A stretch of 58,649 nucleotides of DNA from Candidatus Omnitrophota bacterium. Its GTDB lineage: Bacteria > Omnitrophota > Gorgyraeia > Gygaellales > Profunditerraquicolaceae. The position numbers and the translations under genes are program-made. The DNA lies in the NCBI GenBank assembly GCA_030650425.1, contig JAUSED010000001.1:1-58649 (forward strand), written 5' to 3'. Within the stretch, counting starts at the first letter, position 1, and each line of letters starts with the position of its first letter. Of the stretch, positions 19,416 to 29,130 are shown piece after piece. The notes under the pieces were generated by a model. It had not been told where the DNA came from, did not search any database, and worked only from the letters and a program-made list of their open reading frames with translations.

Positions 19416-21234
19416 AACCAAAAACAGAATGAGAAAATTAAAATTTTACGTTTTAGGTTATAGTTTCGCATTTTACGTCTTAACTTTTGCGTTAAATTGT
19501 TTTGCGCAAATAACCGATGACCTCGAATTAACTTTAGACGTTACCTCCGCCACCGTTCCTCTCCCCAAAATTTTTAGGCCGAATATTGATTTAAGCGGGC
19601 GAGGCTTTAGCCCTGAGAATACCTGGCCGCAAAACCTCGCCTCCAAAGAATCACTGGACGCCTGGCAGAAAGATATCGGTTTTAACGGGCTTTACCGCAT
19701 CCAGTTTAATCTTTGGGAGATTACCCAGCTTAAAGAAGCAGGGGCTAAAGAAAAGATGCTGGCGAATTATGAAAGCGTGATTAAGAGTATCAACGATGCC
19801 GGAGGAACAGTCATTCTGAATATATTCGGGACACCCGTCGGCATGGGGAAGGTTTTAGATAAAAAGAGCAGCCCGTTAAATTTGGCGGCATTTAAGGATT
19901 TAATCAAGAGGACAATGCAAGATTTAAGCTGTGAAAAAAAGTATAATATTTGGTATGAAGTATGGAATGCCCCGGATTTAGAGAATTTCTTTTTAGGGAG
20001 AGATCCCGATTATCTTAACTTATACCGGACAGTCAGCGAGAGCGCGAAAGAATTAGAAGCTAAGTATAAAATACACTTACCGGTTGGCGCCCCGAGCGCG
20101 AGCTCATGGTTTGGCGGCATAGGGGGGAACACTATCCTCACCCCTGAAGAGAGCCTAACTTACAGATTAATCAAATTTTGTTATCAAAATCATTTAAATC
20201 TGGATTTTATATCTTGGCATGGATTTTCTACCGATCCTAAGGCGGAAAAAGAAAATACTATCTATGATAAGAACGTGATTAGCTTGGTGAGGGACTGGTT
20301 ATCCTATTTTAACTTTGATAAAAATATCCCTTTTGTCGTTAGTGAATGGAACTACGACCGCGATGCCAACCTTATTCCCGAGCGTAAAGAAAAATCTTAT
20401 ATCACATCCAGCTATATTCCAGCCCGGCTAAAAAATATGTATGAAGCCGGTCTGGGTAACCAGGTTTATTTTTGTTTAGAGGATTTTCAGAACAATAAAG
20501 AAGGGGTAACTAGAAATGTGGGCGTTTTTGGGAAAGCAAGTTACAACGCCTTTAGGATGCTCAAAGAGTTGGGTAAAGATATGTTCCTTGTTAAGCTTAA
20601 CGATGATTTTGCGGGTGTGCTTGCCACAAAATCAGAAGACTCAATCGTCATTCTGGTTTATAATTATATTGATCCTGAAATAGTCAAAAATACGCTCTCG
20701 AATAATATTGCCGGGTTGAATCCCGCGGAGAGTAAATTTCTGCTCGGAATTATTCGCTCCGATCAATTGTTTAAGATCGTTTCACAGCACGAAGAAGTAG
20801 GCACGCTGCCTACTACTAATAGAGTAAAATCTTTGTTAAAGAGCGTCGAAGCCTTGAATGATAAGGCGCAGCATTTCGCCTCCGCCAAACGCTCCCTCAA
20901 GATTAACCTGAAAGGCCTTAAAGGGGATTATCATTATACCCTTTTTACACTGGATTCATCCTGCAGCCTAAATTGCGCATTTAAGGCGGGCGTGGAAAAA
21001 GAAATCACCGCGGCGGATGCTTTTCAGGATGAGTTATCTTTAAATCCCTATTCGGTCAACCTGATTATCTTGAAGAAGAAACCGGAACCTTTGCCTAAGC
21101 CGCCTGAAGCCCCCCCGTTAGAAGAGCCTCAACCCAAGAGTGTTAAAGCGGATCTAGCTAAACCAGAACCGGCTAAATCAGAACCGGCCAAGCCTGAGGA
21201 GGCTGCTAAGGATGCCAATGCCGCTGGAAGATAA
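19408..21234 (+). CDS. Exported glycoside-hydrolase-like TIM-barrel protein (clan GH-A-like) with P/E/K-rich C-terminal tail
   Basis: Signal peptide (FYVLTFALNCFAQ); YNIWYEVWNAPD and FVVSEWNYD resemble the GH-A acid/base and nucleophile strands. Start set to the ATG at 19408, which overlaps the ymdB stop. Family assignment is by eye. Confidence 0.45.
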   Translation: MNKTKNRMRKLKFYVLGYSFAFYVLTFALNCFAQITDDLELTLDVTSATVPLPKIFRPNIDLSGRGFSPENTWPQNLASKESLDAWQKDIGFNGLYRIQFNLWEITQLKEAGAKEKMLANYESVIKSINDAGGTVILNIFGTPVGMGKVLDKKSSPLNLAAFKDLIKRTMQDLSCEKKYNIWYEVWNAPDLENFFLGRDPDYLNLYRTVSESAKELEAKYKIHLPVGAPSASSWFGGIGGNTILTPEESLTYRLIKFCYQNHLNLDFISWHGFSTDPKAEKENTIYDKNVISLVRDWLSYFNFDKNIPFVVSEWNYDRDANLIPERKEKSYITSSYIPARLKNMYEAGLGNQVYFCLEDFQNNKEGVTRNVGVFGKASYNAFRMLKELGKDMFLVKLNDDFAGVLATKSEDSIVILVYNYIDPEIVKNTLSNNIAGLNPAESKFLLGIIRSDQLFKIVSQHEEVGTLPTTNRVKSLLKSVEALNDKAQHFASAKRSLKINLKGLKGDYHYTLFTLDSSCSLNCAFKAGVEKEITAADAFQDELSLNPYSVNLIILKKKPEPLPKPPEAPPLEEPQPKSVKADLAKPEPAKSEPAKPEEAAKDANAAGR

Positions 21235-22444
21235 ACATATTTATACTGTTTCTCAAATTACTCAGGAGATCGGAGTTATTTTTGAGAATACCTTTGGCAA
21301 TGGGGTTTGGGTTGAAGGAGAAGTTTCTAATTTTAAGGCAGCTTCATCAGGGCACTTTTATTTTTCGCTTAAAGACAGCGCGGCGGTTCTCTCTGCCGCG
21401 ATGTTTAACCGCGCGAACCGGGAATTAAAGTTTCAGTTACAAGACGGGATTAAGGTAATTTGTTTCGGTAAGATCGATGTTTACGGAGCGCGCGGCCAAT
21501 ACCAGATGATCGTGGAAAAAATCGAGCCAAAAGGTATTGGCGCGCGGGCGTTAGCCTTTGAACAGCTAAAAGAAAAATTACTCAAAGAAGGGTTATTTGA
21601 TAGCGCTCACAAAAGGCCGCTTCCCTTTATGCCCTTTAGCGTGGGTGTGGTTACCTCCAGCAAAGGCGCGGCTATCCGGGATATCTTGGGGATTCTCAAG
21701 AAAGGCGCGCCTTGCGTGGATGTGGTTATCCGCTCCGCGCGTGTTCAGGGCGAAGGAGCAGCGCAGGAGATCGCCCAAGGCATCGAAGAATTGAACCAAT
21801 TTAATCAAGTTGATCTGATTATTGTCAGCCGAGGAGGAGGAAGTACGGAAGACCTCTGGGCATTTAATGAAGAGGTCGTAGCCCGGGCAGTCTATAATTC
21901 AAAAATCCCGGTAATTTCCGCGGTCGGGCATCAGATAAATATCAGCCTCTGTGATTTAGTAGCTGATCTTTTTGTGGAGACCCCCACAGCAGCAGCTAAA
22001 ATAATCGTGGATAAGAAAAATACTTTTTTAGCCGAGCTGGATAATCTAAGGCACGAAATGGTGTTTTCTATTTCAGAGACAATCAGCAGCCTTAAAAATA
22101 ATCTTACTGCTCTGCGCCATGCGCTGAAGAGTCCGCTCGACCGTTTACATGAAAAAGAACAATTACTCGACGATCTCTCCGCGGGATTAAGTCAGAATAT
22201 GCGCCAATTGATTGAGATTACCCGCGAAAGAGCGTCCTCGCTTATACACAGGCTTGGGGCGCTTAGCCCTCTGGCGGTTTTATCCCGCGGTTACAGTTTA
22301 AGCATGCTGATGAAGGATGAGTCAGTGATTAAAGACGCGCTTCGGATTAAGCCGGGGGATAGGGTAAAAACGATTTTAAGTAACGGCAGTTTCATAAGTT
22401 TAGTAGAGGAGGTTAGGCGGAATGAAAGAAAAACAGGTTTTTGA
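21212..22444 (+). CDS. xseA: Exodeoxyribonuclease VII large subunit
   Basis: YTVSQITQEIGVIFENTFGNGVWVEGEVSNFKAASSGHFYFSLKD, VVTSSKGAAIRDI, VSRGGGSTEDLWAFN. Confidence 0.9.
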   Translation: MPMPLEDKHIYTVSQITQEIGVIFENTFGNGVWVEGEVSNFKAASSGHFYFSLKDSAAVLSAAMFNRANRELKFQLQDGIKVICFGKIDVYGARGQYQMIVEKIEPKGIGARALAFEQLKEKLLKEGLFDSAHKRPLPFMPFSVGVVTSSKGAAIRDILGILKKGAPCVDVVIRSARVQGEGAAQEIAQGIEELNQFNQVDLIIVSRGGGSTEDLWAFNEEVVARAVYNSKIPVISAVGHQINISLCDLVADLFVETPTAAAKIIVDKKNTFLAELDNLRHEMVFSISETISSLKNNLTALRHALKSPLDRLHEKEQLLDDLSAGLSQNMRQLIEITRERASSLIHRLGALSPLAVLSRGYSLSMLMKDESVIKDALRIKPGDRVKTILSNGSFISLVEEVRRNERKTGF

Positions 22445-22661
22445 GGATGATTTGAAAAAACTGCAGAAGATCGTGGAAGAGCTATCTGGCGGAAAGCTTA
22501 CCTTGGGAGAAGCGCTTAAAAAATATGAAGAGGGGATCAATCTTGCCGAGAGCTGCTCTCAGACCTTACAAGAGGCAGAGCGCAAAGTAGAATCTCTGAT
22601 CAAGAAGGATGGAAGATACACGCTTAAAGAATTTGCAGAAGACGGAGAAGGGAAAGATTAG
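22422..22661 (+). CDS. xseB: Exodeoxyribonuclease VII small subunit
   Basis: FEDDLKKLQKIVEELSGGKLTLGEALKKYEEGINLAESCSQTLQEAERKV. Confidence 0.88.
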   Translation: MKEKQVFEDDLKKLQKIVEELSGGKLTLGEALKKYEEGINLAESCSQTLQEAERKVESLIKKDGRYTLKEFAEDGEGKD

Positions 22662-22663
22662 TT

Positions 22664-24517
22664 ATGTTATTGGATGGAATTAATTCACCGCAGGATCTAA
22701 AAAAACTTAAGGTTGAGGAATTACCGAAGCTTGCCGCAGAAATTAGGCAGAGGATGACCGAGGTGGTGGCGGTTAACGGAGGACACCTTGCTTCAAGCTT
22801 AGGCGCGGTAGAATTGATTATTGCCCTGCACTATTGTTTCAATACACCCACAGACAAGCTAATTTTTGATGTGGGGCATCAGGCTTATGCGCACAAAATA
22901 TTAACCGGAAGGAATAAAGAATTTTCTTCTTTAAGGACTTATCAGGGAATTTCCGGGTTTCCCTCCAGAGAGGAATCGCTCTTTGATTCTTTTACTACCG
23001 GGCATTCCTCAAACGCGGTATCTTTGGCCTTAGGGGTTGCCTGCGCCCGGGACAGGCTTCCGGCTGATGAACATTTTAAAGTCGCGGCGATCATCGGAGA
23101 CGGCTCCTTAAGCGGAGGACTGTGTTTTGAAGGTTTGAATAATGCCGGGCACTTAAAGAAAGATATTCTAGTTATTTTAAATACTAATGAGTTAAGTATC
23201 TCTCCCAATGTCGGAGCGATCAGCAATTATCTCAATAAAATTATATCCCTTCCGGTTTATAACCGTTTTAAAGAATCCTTGGAAAATTTTCTTGCTAAAC
23301 GCGGAAAGGGAGGAGAACGCCTTTTAAATTTGGCAGCTAAGTTTGAAGAAGGCCTTAAAGGTTTGTTTATTCCCGGGATGTTATTTGAGGAACTAGGTTT
23401 CCGTTATTTCGGGCCGCTGGACGGGCATAACTTGGAAGCGTTAATCCGTTCGCTTAAAAATATTATAGGCATCAAAGGCCCGCGCATCCTGCATGTGGTC
23501 ACTAAAAAGGGCAAGGGTTATTTTGCGGCGGAAAACGACCCGGTACGCTTTCATGGGACCGGGCCTTTTGATATCCAGACCGGCGCAAGCTTGGCTAAAT
23601 CCGCGGAGATCAGAACTTATACCGAAGTCTTCAGCGAAAAGTTAGTAGAATTAGCCGCTAAGGATAAAAGAATCGTGGCGATTACCGCGGCGATGCCGGA
23701 AGGGGCAGGCATGGTTAAGTTCCATAATGCTTTTCCCGATAGATTTTTTGATGTGGGTATTGCCGAGGCGCACGCAGTTTGTTTTAGCGCCGGATTAGCT
23801 AAGGGAGGGCTTAAGCCGGTGATTGCCGTTTATTCTACTTTCCTGCAGAGGGCCTACGACCAGATTATTGAAGATGTGGCCTTGCAGGATTTACCGGTTA
23901 TATTTTGTATTGATCGCGCCGGTATTGTCGGAGAAGACGGCGCCACGCATCAGGGGATTTTTGATATCAGTTTTTTGAACACCGTTCCGAACCTTGTGAT
24001 AATGGCGCCTAAGGACGCTCCAGAGTTGGAAAAGATGCTTGAGTTTAGCCTTAGCGCTAACACGCCTATAGCAATAAGATACCCTAAGGGCGGGATAGAA
24101 AACCTGAAAGATGCGGGACAGAGTATTGAATTGGGGAAGGCAGAGGTTTTAACTGAAGGAAAGGATTTTGCGCTTATTGCTTTAGGCAGTATGGTTAGCC
24201 CAGCACAAGAGGCAGGGCGGTTGCTTGAACAAGAAAACTTATCCGGATTGGTCATTAACGCGCGTTTTGCCAAGCCTCTAGACCAAGATTTTTTTACTGC
24301 CCTAGCCAAAAAGGTAAAATTTATTTTTACAGCCGAAGAGGGGATTATCAACGGAGGATTTGGCAGCTCGGTTGAGAATATCTTGGCTAAGCCGGTTGTA
24401 AAAATCGGGTTACCCGACGTATTTATCAGCCATGGCAAAAGAGACCTGTTACTGGAAAAATACGGATTGACCGCCAGGCAAATCGCGGATAAAATTAAAT
24501 CGATATGCCTGAGATAG
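22664..24517 (+). CDS. dxs: 1-deoxy-D-xylulose-5-phosphate synthase
   Basis: GGHLASSLGAVELIIALHY, DVGHQAYAHKILTGR, IIGDGSLSGG, GIAEAHAV, DRAGIVGEDGATHQG. Confidence 0.93.
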   Translation: MLLDGINSPQDLKKLKVEELPKLAAEIRQRMTEVVAVNGGHLASSLGAVELIIALHYCFNTPTDKLIFDVGHQAYAHKILTGRNKEFSSLRTYQGISGFPSREESLFDSFTTGHSSNAVSLALGVACARDRLPADEHFKVAAIIGDGSLSGGLCFEGLNNAGHLKKDILVILNTNELSISPNVGAISNYLNKIISLPVYNRFKESLENFLAKRGKGGERLLNLAAKFEEGLKGLFIPGMLFEELGFRYFGPLDGHNLEALIRSLKNIIGIKGPRILHVVTKKGKGYFAAENDPVRFHGTGPFDIQTGASLAKSAEIRTYTEVFSEKLVELAAKDKRIVAITAAMPEGAGMVKFHNAFPDRFFDVGIAEAHAVCFSAGLAKGGLKPVIAVYSTFLQRAYDQIIEDVALQDLPVIFCIDRAGIVGEDGATHQGIFDISFLNTVPNLVIMAPKDAPELEKMLEFSLSANTPIAIRYPKGGIENLKDAGQSIELGKAEVLTEGKDFALIALGSMVSPAQEAGRLLEQENLSGLVINARFAKPLDQDFFTALAKKVKFIFTAEEGIINGGFGSSVENILAKPVVKIGLPDVFISHGKRDLLLEKYGLTARQIADKIKSICLR

Positions 24518-24708
24518 CCATTAATAAAGATAAATGTAAAGGGTGCTTCTTATGTGTCAGTGTCTGTCCGCAAGGTTTCATCATTGCCGAAGATGAACTG
24601 AATATACGCGGGATAAAGCCGGTGAAATTTAAACCCGGAGGTAAATGCACAGGATGCGCGATGTGCGCGCTTATCTGCCCGGATTGTTGTATTGAAGTAT
24701 ATAGATGA
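24505..24708 (+). CDS. 2x[4Fe-4S] ferredoxin (delta subunit of 2-oxoacid:ferredoxin oxidoreductase)
   Basis: CKGCFLCVSVCP and CTGCAMCALICP motifs. Lies directly upstream of the alpha/beta/gamma subunits. Confidence 0.85.
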   Translation: MPEIAINKDKCKGCFLCVSVCPQGFIIAEDELNIRGIKPVKFKPGGKCTGCAMCALICPDCCIEVYR

Positions 24709-24716
24709 GTAGTGCA

Positions 24717-24749
24717 GTAGGGACTGTCCCCGAAGGGGACTGTCCCTAC
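24717..24749. repeat. Palindromic hairpin (GGGACTGTCCC family)
   Basis: GTAGGGACTGTCCCCGAAGGGGACTGTCCCTAC, between the ferredoxin and the alpha subunit. Confidence 0.7.
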
Positions 24750-24763
24750 TAAGCGAGATAAGT

Positions 24764-25843
24764 ATGGATAGCGAGAAACGCCAAAAAGAGAGTAGGGTTA
24801 AGCTTCTCATAACCGGTAACGAAGCGATTGCCGAATCCGCTATTCAGGCGGGTTGCCGGTTTTACGCCGGATACCCGATTACTCCGCAAAATGAGCTCAC
24901 TGCTTATATGGCTCATCATATGCAGGATAGAGGCGGAGTTTTTATTCAGGCAGAGGCAGAGACCGCGGCAATCAATATGGTTTATGGCGCTTCAGCTGCG
25001 GGCGCCCGGGCGATGACCTCTTCCTCTAGTCCCGGGATAAGCTTAAAGCAGGAAGGGATTTCTTATTTAGCCGGAGCAGAGTTGCCCTCAGTGATCGTTA
25101 ATATCATGCGCGGCGGCCCGGGGCTGGGGAATATCGCTCCTGCGCAATCCGATTATTTTCAGGCCACGCGTTCAGGCGGCCATGGTGATTATCATTGTCT
25201 AGTTTTAGCTCCCTCAACCGTACAGGAGTGCTACGATTTAACCGCTTTAGCCTTTGAGCTTAGCGATAAATACCGCGTTCCCGCGATCATCCTTGGTGAC
25301 GGTATGCTTGGCCAGATGATGGAACCGATTGTAGTAACCAAGTTTAGAGCCCCAAGCCTCAAGCAATCAAATAAACCGTGGGCTTTGACCGGTTGTAAAG
25401 ATAGAAAGGCCAATGTCGTGAAATCTTTTTATCTTAAAGAAGGAGACTTGGAGAAGTTTAATCTTAAATTACAAAGTAAGTATCAAAAGATACAGCGAGA
25501 AGAAGAGCGTTGGGAAGAGTTATTCTTAAACGACGTAAAAATAGTTTTAGTTGCTTATGGCAGTATGGCCAGGATCGCTAAAGGCGCGGTAAAGGCCTTA
25601 CGAGAGAAAGGGAAGAAGGTTGGCTTGATCCGCCCGATATCGCTCTGGCCTTTCCCTAAAAAAGCATTCGCCAAGATAAGAAAACAATATTTAGTCATTG
25701 AAATGTCTTATGGCCAAATGCTCGAAGATGTGCAGTTAGCGGTTAATGGCCAAGCAGGGATTGAATTTTTAGGCCGCTCCGGAGGAGGGGTTCCTTCGGA
25801 AGCAGAAATTATTGCTAAGGTAAATAAAATATACCATGGATAA
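24764..25843 (+). CDS. 2-oxoacid:ferredoxin oxidoreductase, alpha subunit
   Basis: [62 protein letters not shown]. Substrate (2-oxoglutarate or another 2-oxoacid) cannot be told from sequence by eye. Confidence 0.85.
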   Translation: MDSEKRQKESRVKLLITGNEAIAESAIQAGCRFYAGYPITPQNELTAYMAHHMQDRGGVFIQAEAETAAINMVYGASAAGARAMTSSSSPGISLKQEGISYLAGAELPSVIVNIMRGGPGLGNIAPAQSDYFQATRSGGHGDYHCLVLAPSTVQECYDLTALAFELSDKYRVPAIILGDGMLGQMMEPIVVTKFRAPSLKQSNKPWALTGCKDRKANVVKSFYLKEGDLEKFNLKLQSKYQKIQREEERWEELFLNDVKIVLVAYGSMARIAKGAVKALREKGKKVGLIRPISLWPFPKKAFAKIRKQYLVIEMSYGQMLEDVQLAVNGQAGIEFLGRSGGGVPSEAEIIAKVNKIYHG

Positions 25844-26564
25844 AATATACGCTCACCCTAAATCCTTAAGAGACGTTTCCACGCATTACTGCCCGGGTTG
25901 CGGGCATGGCTTGGCGCATCGGCTGATTACCGAGGTAGTGGATGAATTGGGGATAAGGGAGAAGGTTATTGGAGTGGCTCCGGTTGGCTGTGCCGTAGTC
26001 GCCTACGAGTATTGGGATTTTGACTGTTCGGAAGCCGCGCATGGACGGGCATTGGCCGTGGCTACAGGGATCAAAAGGGTAAGGCCGGAAAATATCGTTT
26101 TTACTTATCAAGGAGATGGAGATCTGGCAGCTATCGGGACCAATGAGACCATACATGCGGCTAACCGCGGGGAGAATCTTTCTGTTTTTTTCATCAATAA
26201 TGCTGTCTACGGAATGACCGGCGGACAGATGGCCCCTACTACCTTATTAAATCAGAAGACCTCCACTACTCCCGACGGTAGATGCGCGCAGCTCCAAGGG
26301 TTCCCGCTGAAGATTTCTGAGATGCTCGCGCTCTTACCCGGGGTTAAATATATTGAGCGGGTTTCGCTGCATTCTCCGCAGGAGATCATTAAAACCAAGA
26401 AGGCGATGAAAAAGGCATTGATCAATCAGATGGAGGGAATAGGTTTTTCTTTGGTTGAGATTTTATCGCCGTGCCCGACTTACTGGGGATTGTCTCCTAA
26501 GCCGGCATTAGACTGGATCAAGAATACGATGGTTAAAGAATTTCCTTTAGGGGTAATTAAATAA
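25836..26564 (+). CDS. 2-oxoacid:ferredoxin oxidoreductase, beta (TPP-binding) subunit
   Basis: [44 protein letters not shown]. Confidence 0.85.
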   Translation: MDKIYAHPKSLRDVSTHYCPGCGHGLAHRLITEVVDELGIREKVIGVAPVGCAVVAYEYWDFDCSEAAHGRALAVATGIKRVRPENIVFTYQGDGDLAAIGTNETIHAANRGENLSVFFINNAVYGMTGGQMAPTTLLNQKTSTTPDGRCAQLQGFPLKISEMLALLPGVKYIERVSLHSPQEIIKTKKAMKKALINQMEGIGFSLVEILSPCPTYWGLSPKPALDWIKNTMVKEFPLGVIK

Positions 26565-27086
26565 ATGACCGAACGCCTGATTATCGCCGGAAGCGGCGGA
26601 CAGGGAATTATGCTTCTAGGAAAAGTGTTAGCCGAGGCAGCCCTGCTGAGCAATAAATTTGTTACCTGGCTTCCTGCTTATGGGCCGGAAGTGCGCGGAG
26701 GGGCCGCGCATTGCATGGTGATCATCTCGGATGATGAAATCGGCTCACCTTATATCGATCAAGCGGATACATTGATCATTATGAACCAACTCTCTTTGGC
26801 TAAATTTATCAACCGCCGAAAAGATAACGGCTTGATGATTATTAATAGTTCTCTTGCTGAATCAGGCAAACTGGCTAAGGCGATAACAGGGAAATTTACG
26901 GATATCGCCATAGGCTTAGGCAATATCAAAGTGGCGAATATGGCGGCTTTGGGGATGTACCTGGCGCATAAAAAAATAATCAGCCTGAAAAATATCGAAA
27001 AAGCTATGCGCAAGATGGCGCCCAAAGATAAGCCGGAATTATTAAAGGTTAATCTGGAGGCATTGAAGAAGGGGATGGAAATATAA
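26565..27086 (+). CDS. 2-oxoacid:ferredoxin oxidoreductase, gamma subunit
   Basis: IIAGSGGQGIMLLGKVLAEAA..YGPEVRGGAAHCMVIIS. Confidence 0.85.
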   Translation: MTERLIIAGSGGQGIMLLGKVLAEAALLSNKFVTWLPAYGPEVRGGAAHCMVIISDDEIGSPYIDQADTLIIMNQLSLAKFINRRKDNGLMIINSSLAESGKLAKAITGKFTDIAIGLGNIKVANMAALGMYLAHKKIISLKNIEKAMRKMAPKDKPELLKVNLEALKKGMEI

Positions 27087-27088
27087 AA

Positions 27089-28399
27089 ATGGTGAGAGTA
27101 AGGTTTGCTCCCAGCCCGACGGGAAATCTGCATATCGGAGGGGCGCGCACAGCTTTATTTAACTGGCTTTATGTCCGCGCTAAAGGCGGTAAATTTATCT
27201 TGAGGATAGAGGATACGGATAAGCTTCGTTCTGCTCCGGAATTCGTGGATGAAATCTTAAATAGCTTGACCTGGCTGGGGTTTAGCTGGGATGAAATTTA
27301 TTACCAGAGTAAAAGGTTTGATCTTTATCACGAATACGCTCAAAAATTGCTTAAAGAAGGAAAGGCCTATACCCAGAAGCTGGAAGGTAAGCTCGGTGAG
27401 GCAATTATTTATAAAGTTACGCCGGGCACAATCATTATCGATGATTTAATCCGCGGTAAGATCCAATTCGATACTTCCTTGATTAAAGACCAGGTGCTCA
27501 TCAAATCCGATGGTACTCCCACCTATAATTTTGCCTGCGTAGTGGATGACGCGGATATGCAAATCACCCATGTGATCAGAGGCGATGACCATATCTCCAA
27601 TACCCCTAAGCAGGTACTTTTGTATGAGGCCTTGGGCTTTAAGCTCCCGCAATTCGCTCACCTCCCTTTGATTATGGGGATGGAAGGGGGGAGGCTCTCT
27701 AAAAGAACCGGAGCTACCGCAATCAGTGACTATCGTAAGATGGGTTACCTTGCGCCGGCGCTGGTAAATTATCTCTTACTATTAAGCTGGGCTCCCGGGA
27801 ATGATGTCGAGCTGATTGATATAAATGAGGCGGTGAAATTATTCGACGTTACTCAGGTGAATAAGACTGCCGCTACTTTTGACCTGAAGAAGCTTAACTG
27901 GATGAATAACCAATACTTAAAAAACGCGGACCCGGAAAAGCTTGCCGACACATTAATCCCTATGCTTGTTGAGAAAAATTATATTCATCCGGATAGTTTT
28001 GACAGGAATTATCTAGTTAGCCTAGTAAAGTTATTCCAGCCGCGCCTGACGACAATCGCCGATTTTCCTGATTGGGCGGATTTTTTCTTCGTTCAGGAAC
28101 TTAAAATCGAACCCGAGGCCGAAAAGAAATTTCTATCCCAAGACTTATCCCGCGAATTCAAACTCTTCATAGAAAAGCTTGATAAACTGGGAAAATTTGA
28201 TATCCTTAATATAGAGGAAGGATTTCGTGATTTAGTCAAAGAACTGAATCTTGAAGCAAAAACCCTGATTCATCCGATCAGGGTCGCCTTAACCGGTAAA
28301 ACCATCGGCCCAGGGCTCTTTGAGGTTATCTATTGCTTGGGAAAAGAGCGTACGCAAGCAAGGCTGAGTCGCTGGATAAGAGGAGGGAGCAATGCTTAA
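27089..28399 (+). CDS. gltX: Glutamyl-tRNA synthetase (short form)
   Basis: RFAPSPTGNLHIGGARTALFNWLY (HIGH), RIEDTD, GGRLSKRTG (KMSKS). Confidence 0.9.
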   Translation: MVRVRFAPSPTGNLHIGGARTALFNWLYVRAKGGKFILRIEDTDKLRSAPEFVDEILNSLTWLGFSWDEIYYQSKRFDLYHEYAQKLLKEGKAYTQKLEGKLGEAIIYKVTPGTIIIDDLIRGKIQFDTSLIKDQVLIKSDGTPTYNFACVVDDADMQITHVIRGDDHISNTPKQVLLYEALGFKLPQFAHLPLIMGMEGGRLSKRTGATAISDYRKMGYLAPALVNYLLLLSWAPGNDVELIDINEAVKLFDVTQVNKTAATFDLKKLNWMNNQYLKNADPEKLADTLIPMLVEKNYIHPDSFDRNYLVSLVKLFQPRLTTIADFPDWADFFFVQELKIEPEAEKKFLSQDLSREFKLFIEKLDKLGKFDILNIEEGFRDLVKELNLEAKTLIHPIRVALTGKTIGPGLFEVIYCLGKERTQARLSRWIRGGSNA

Positions 28400-28580
28400 A
28401 AAAATATTTTTGTCAGGCGCGCTTCTAGTTTTTATTTTTTTGGCGAACGGTTGCGGGACACTGTATAAAGGACTGCAAGGCGGAGCACGGGGCATGGAAG
28501 AAGGGGCCAAAGAAGACTGGGCTTGGTTGACTAAAGCCACCCAAAATTCCGACGACTGGATAAAAAGTAATCTTTGGTAG
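28392..28580 (+). CDS. Small lipoprotein
   Basis: Signal peptide with lipobox FLANG-C. No homology recognised. Confidence 0.5.
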   Translation: MLKKIFLSGALLVFIFLANGCGTLYKGLQGGARGMEEGAKEDWAWLTKATQNSDDWIKSNLW

Positions 28581-28616
28581 AGAGGTAGGAAATCTTATTC
28601 TACTTAGCCATATTGA

Positions 28617-28640
28617 GCCGGGTTAATCCCGGCCTTCTTC
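28617..28640 (+). terminator. Intrinsic terminator
   Basis: GCCGGG-TTAAT-CCCGGC followed by the T-rich tract CTTCTTCTTT. Confidence 0.55.
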
Positions 28641-28669
28641 TTTACAGCTTTTCTAAAATCGGATATAAT
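28641..28669 (+). promoter_or_regulatory. Sigma70-type promoter for tRNA-Gln
   Basis: TTTACA (28641-28646), 17 nt, TATAAT (28664-28669). Confidence 0.55.
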
Positions 28670-28686
28670 TAATCAATCTATAAATT

Positions 28687-28760
28687 TGCCCTGTCGTCTA
28701 ATGGTAGGACACAAGATTCTGGATCTTGTTATCATGGTTCGAGTCCATGCGGGGCAGCCA
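28687..28760 (+). tRNA. tRNA-Gln (CTG), CCA encoded
   Basis: Acceptor TGCCCTG/CGGGGCA, anticodon arm CAAGA-TTCTGGA-TCTTG, T-arm CATGG-TTCGAGT-CCATG, then GCCA. Confidence 0.85.
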
Positions 28761-28774
28761 ACTAAAGGAGAAGC

Positions 28775-29110
28775 ATGAACGTAAAGAGTATAATCTTTCT
28801 GATTTTCGCTTTTATGATCATCTCCCCGGCTTTAGCAGATGACAGCGATGATAAAACCATCTCCGGAACAGTAACTTCCCTGGATTGGGTAAAATCAACT
28901 TTGGCCGTGCGTTACGCTGACCCTTATACCGGGAATACGGATGAGATTACTCTCAAGATTACCGGCGATTCCGAGCTTACGCGGGGCTCGGACTCCATTT
29001 CAGCTTCTGATATTGAGCAGGGAGACCCGCTTATGGTCACCTATTACCGCGATGATGCAAGCGGCCTGAAAATAAGGCGCCTTACCGATTTAAACGATGC
29101 CAATAGATAG
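28775..29110 (+). CDS. Small secreted hypothetical protein
   Basis: Signal peptide IIFLIFAFMIISPALA-DD. Beta-rich mature part. Confidence 0.5.
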   Translation: MNVKSIIFLIFAFMIISPALADDSDDKTISGTVTSLDWVKSTLAVRYADPYTGNTDEITLKITGDSELTRGSDSISASDIEQGDPLMVTYYRDDASGLKIRRLTDLNDANR

Positions 29111-29130
29111 GCATTACCCCGTCTAATTAT

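Noticed and set aside
23950-24438. 162-aa minus-strand ORF
   Set aside because: It is antisense to the well-conserved dxs C-terminal region and has no independent signals.
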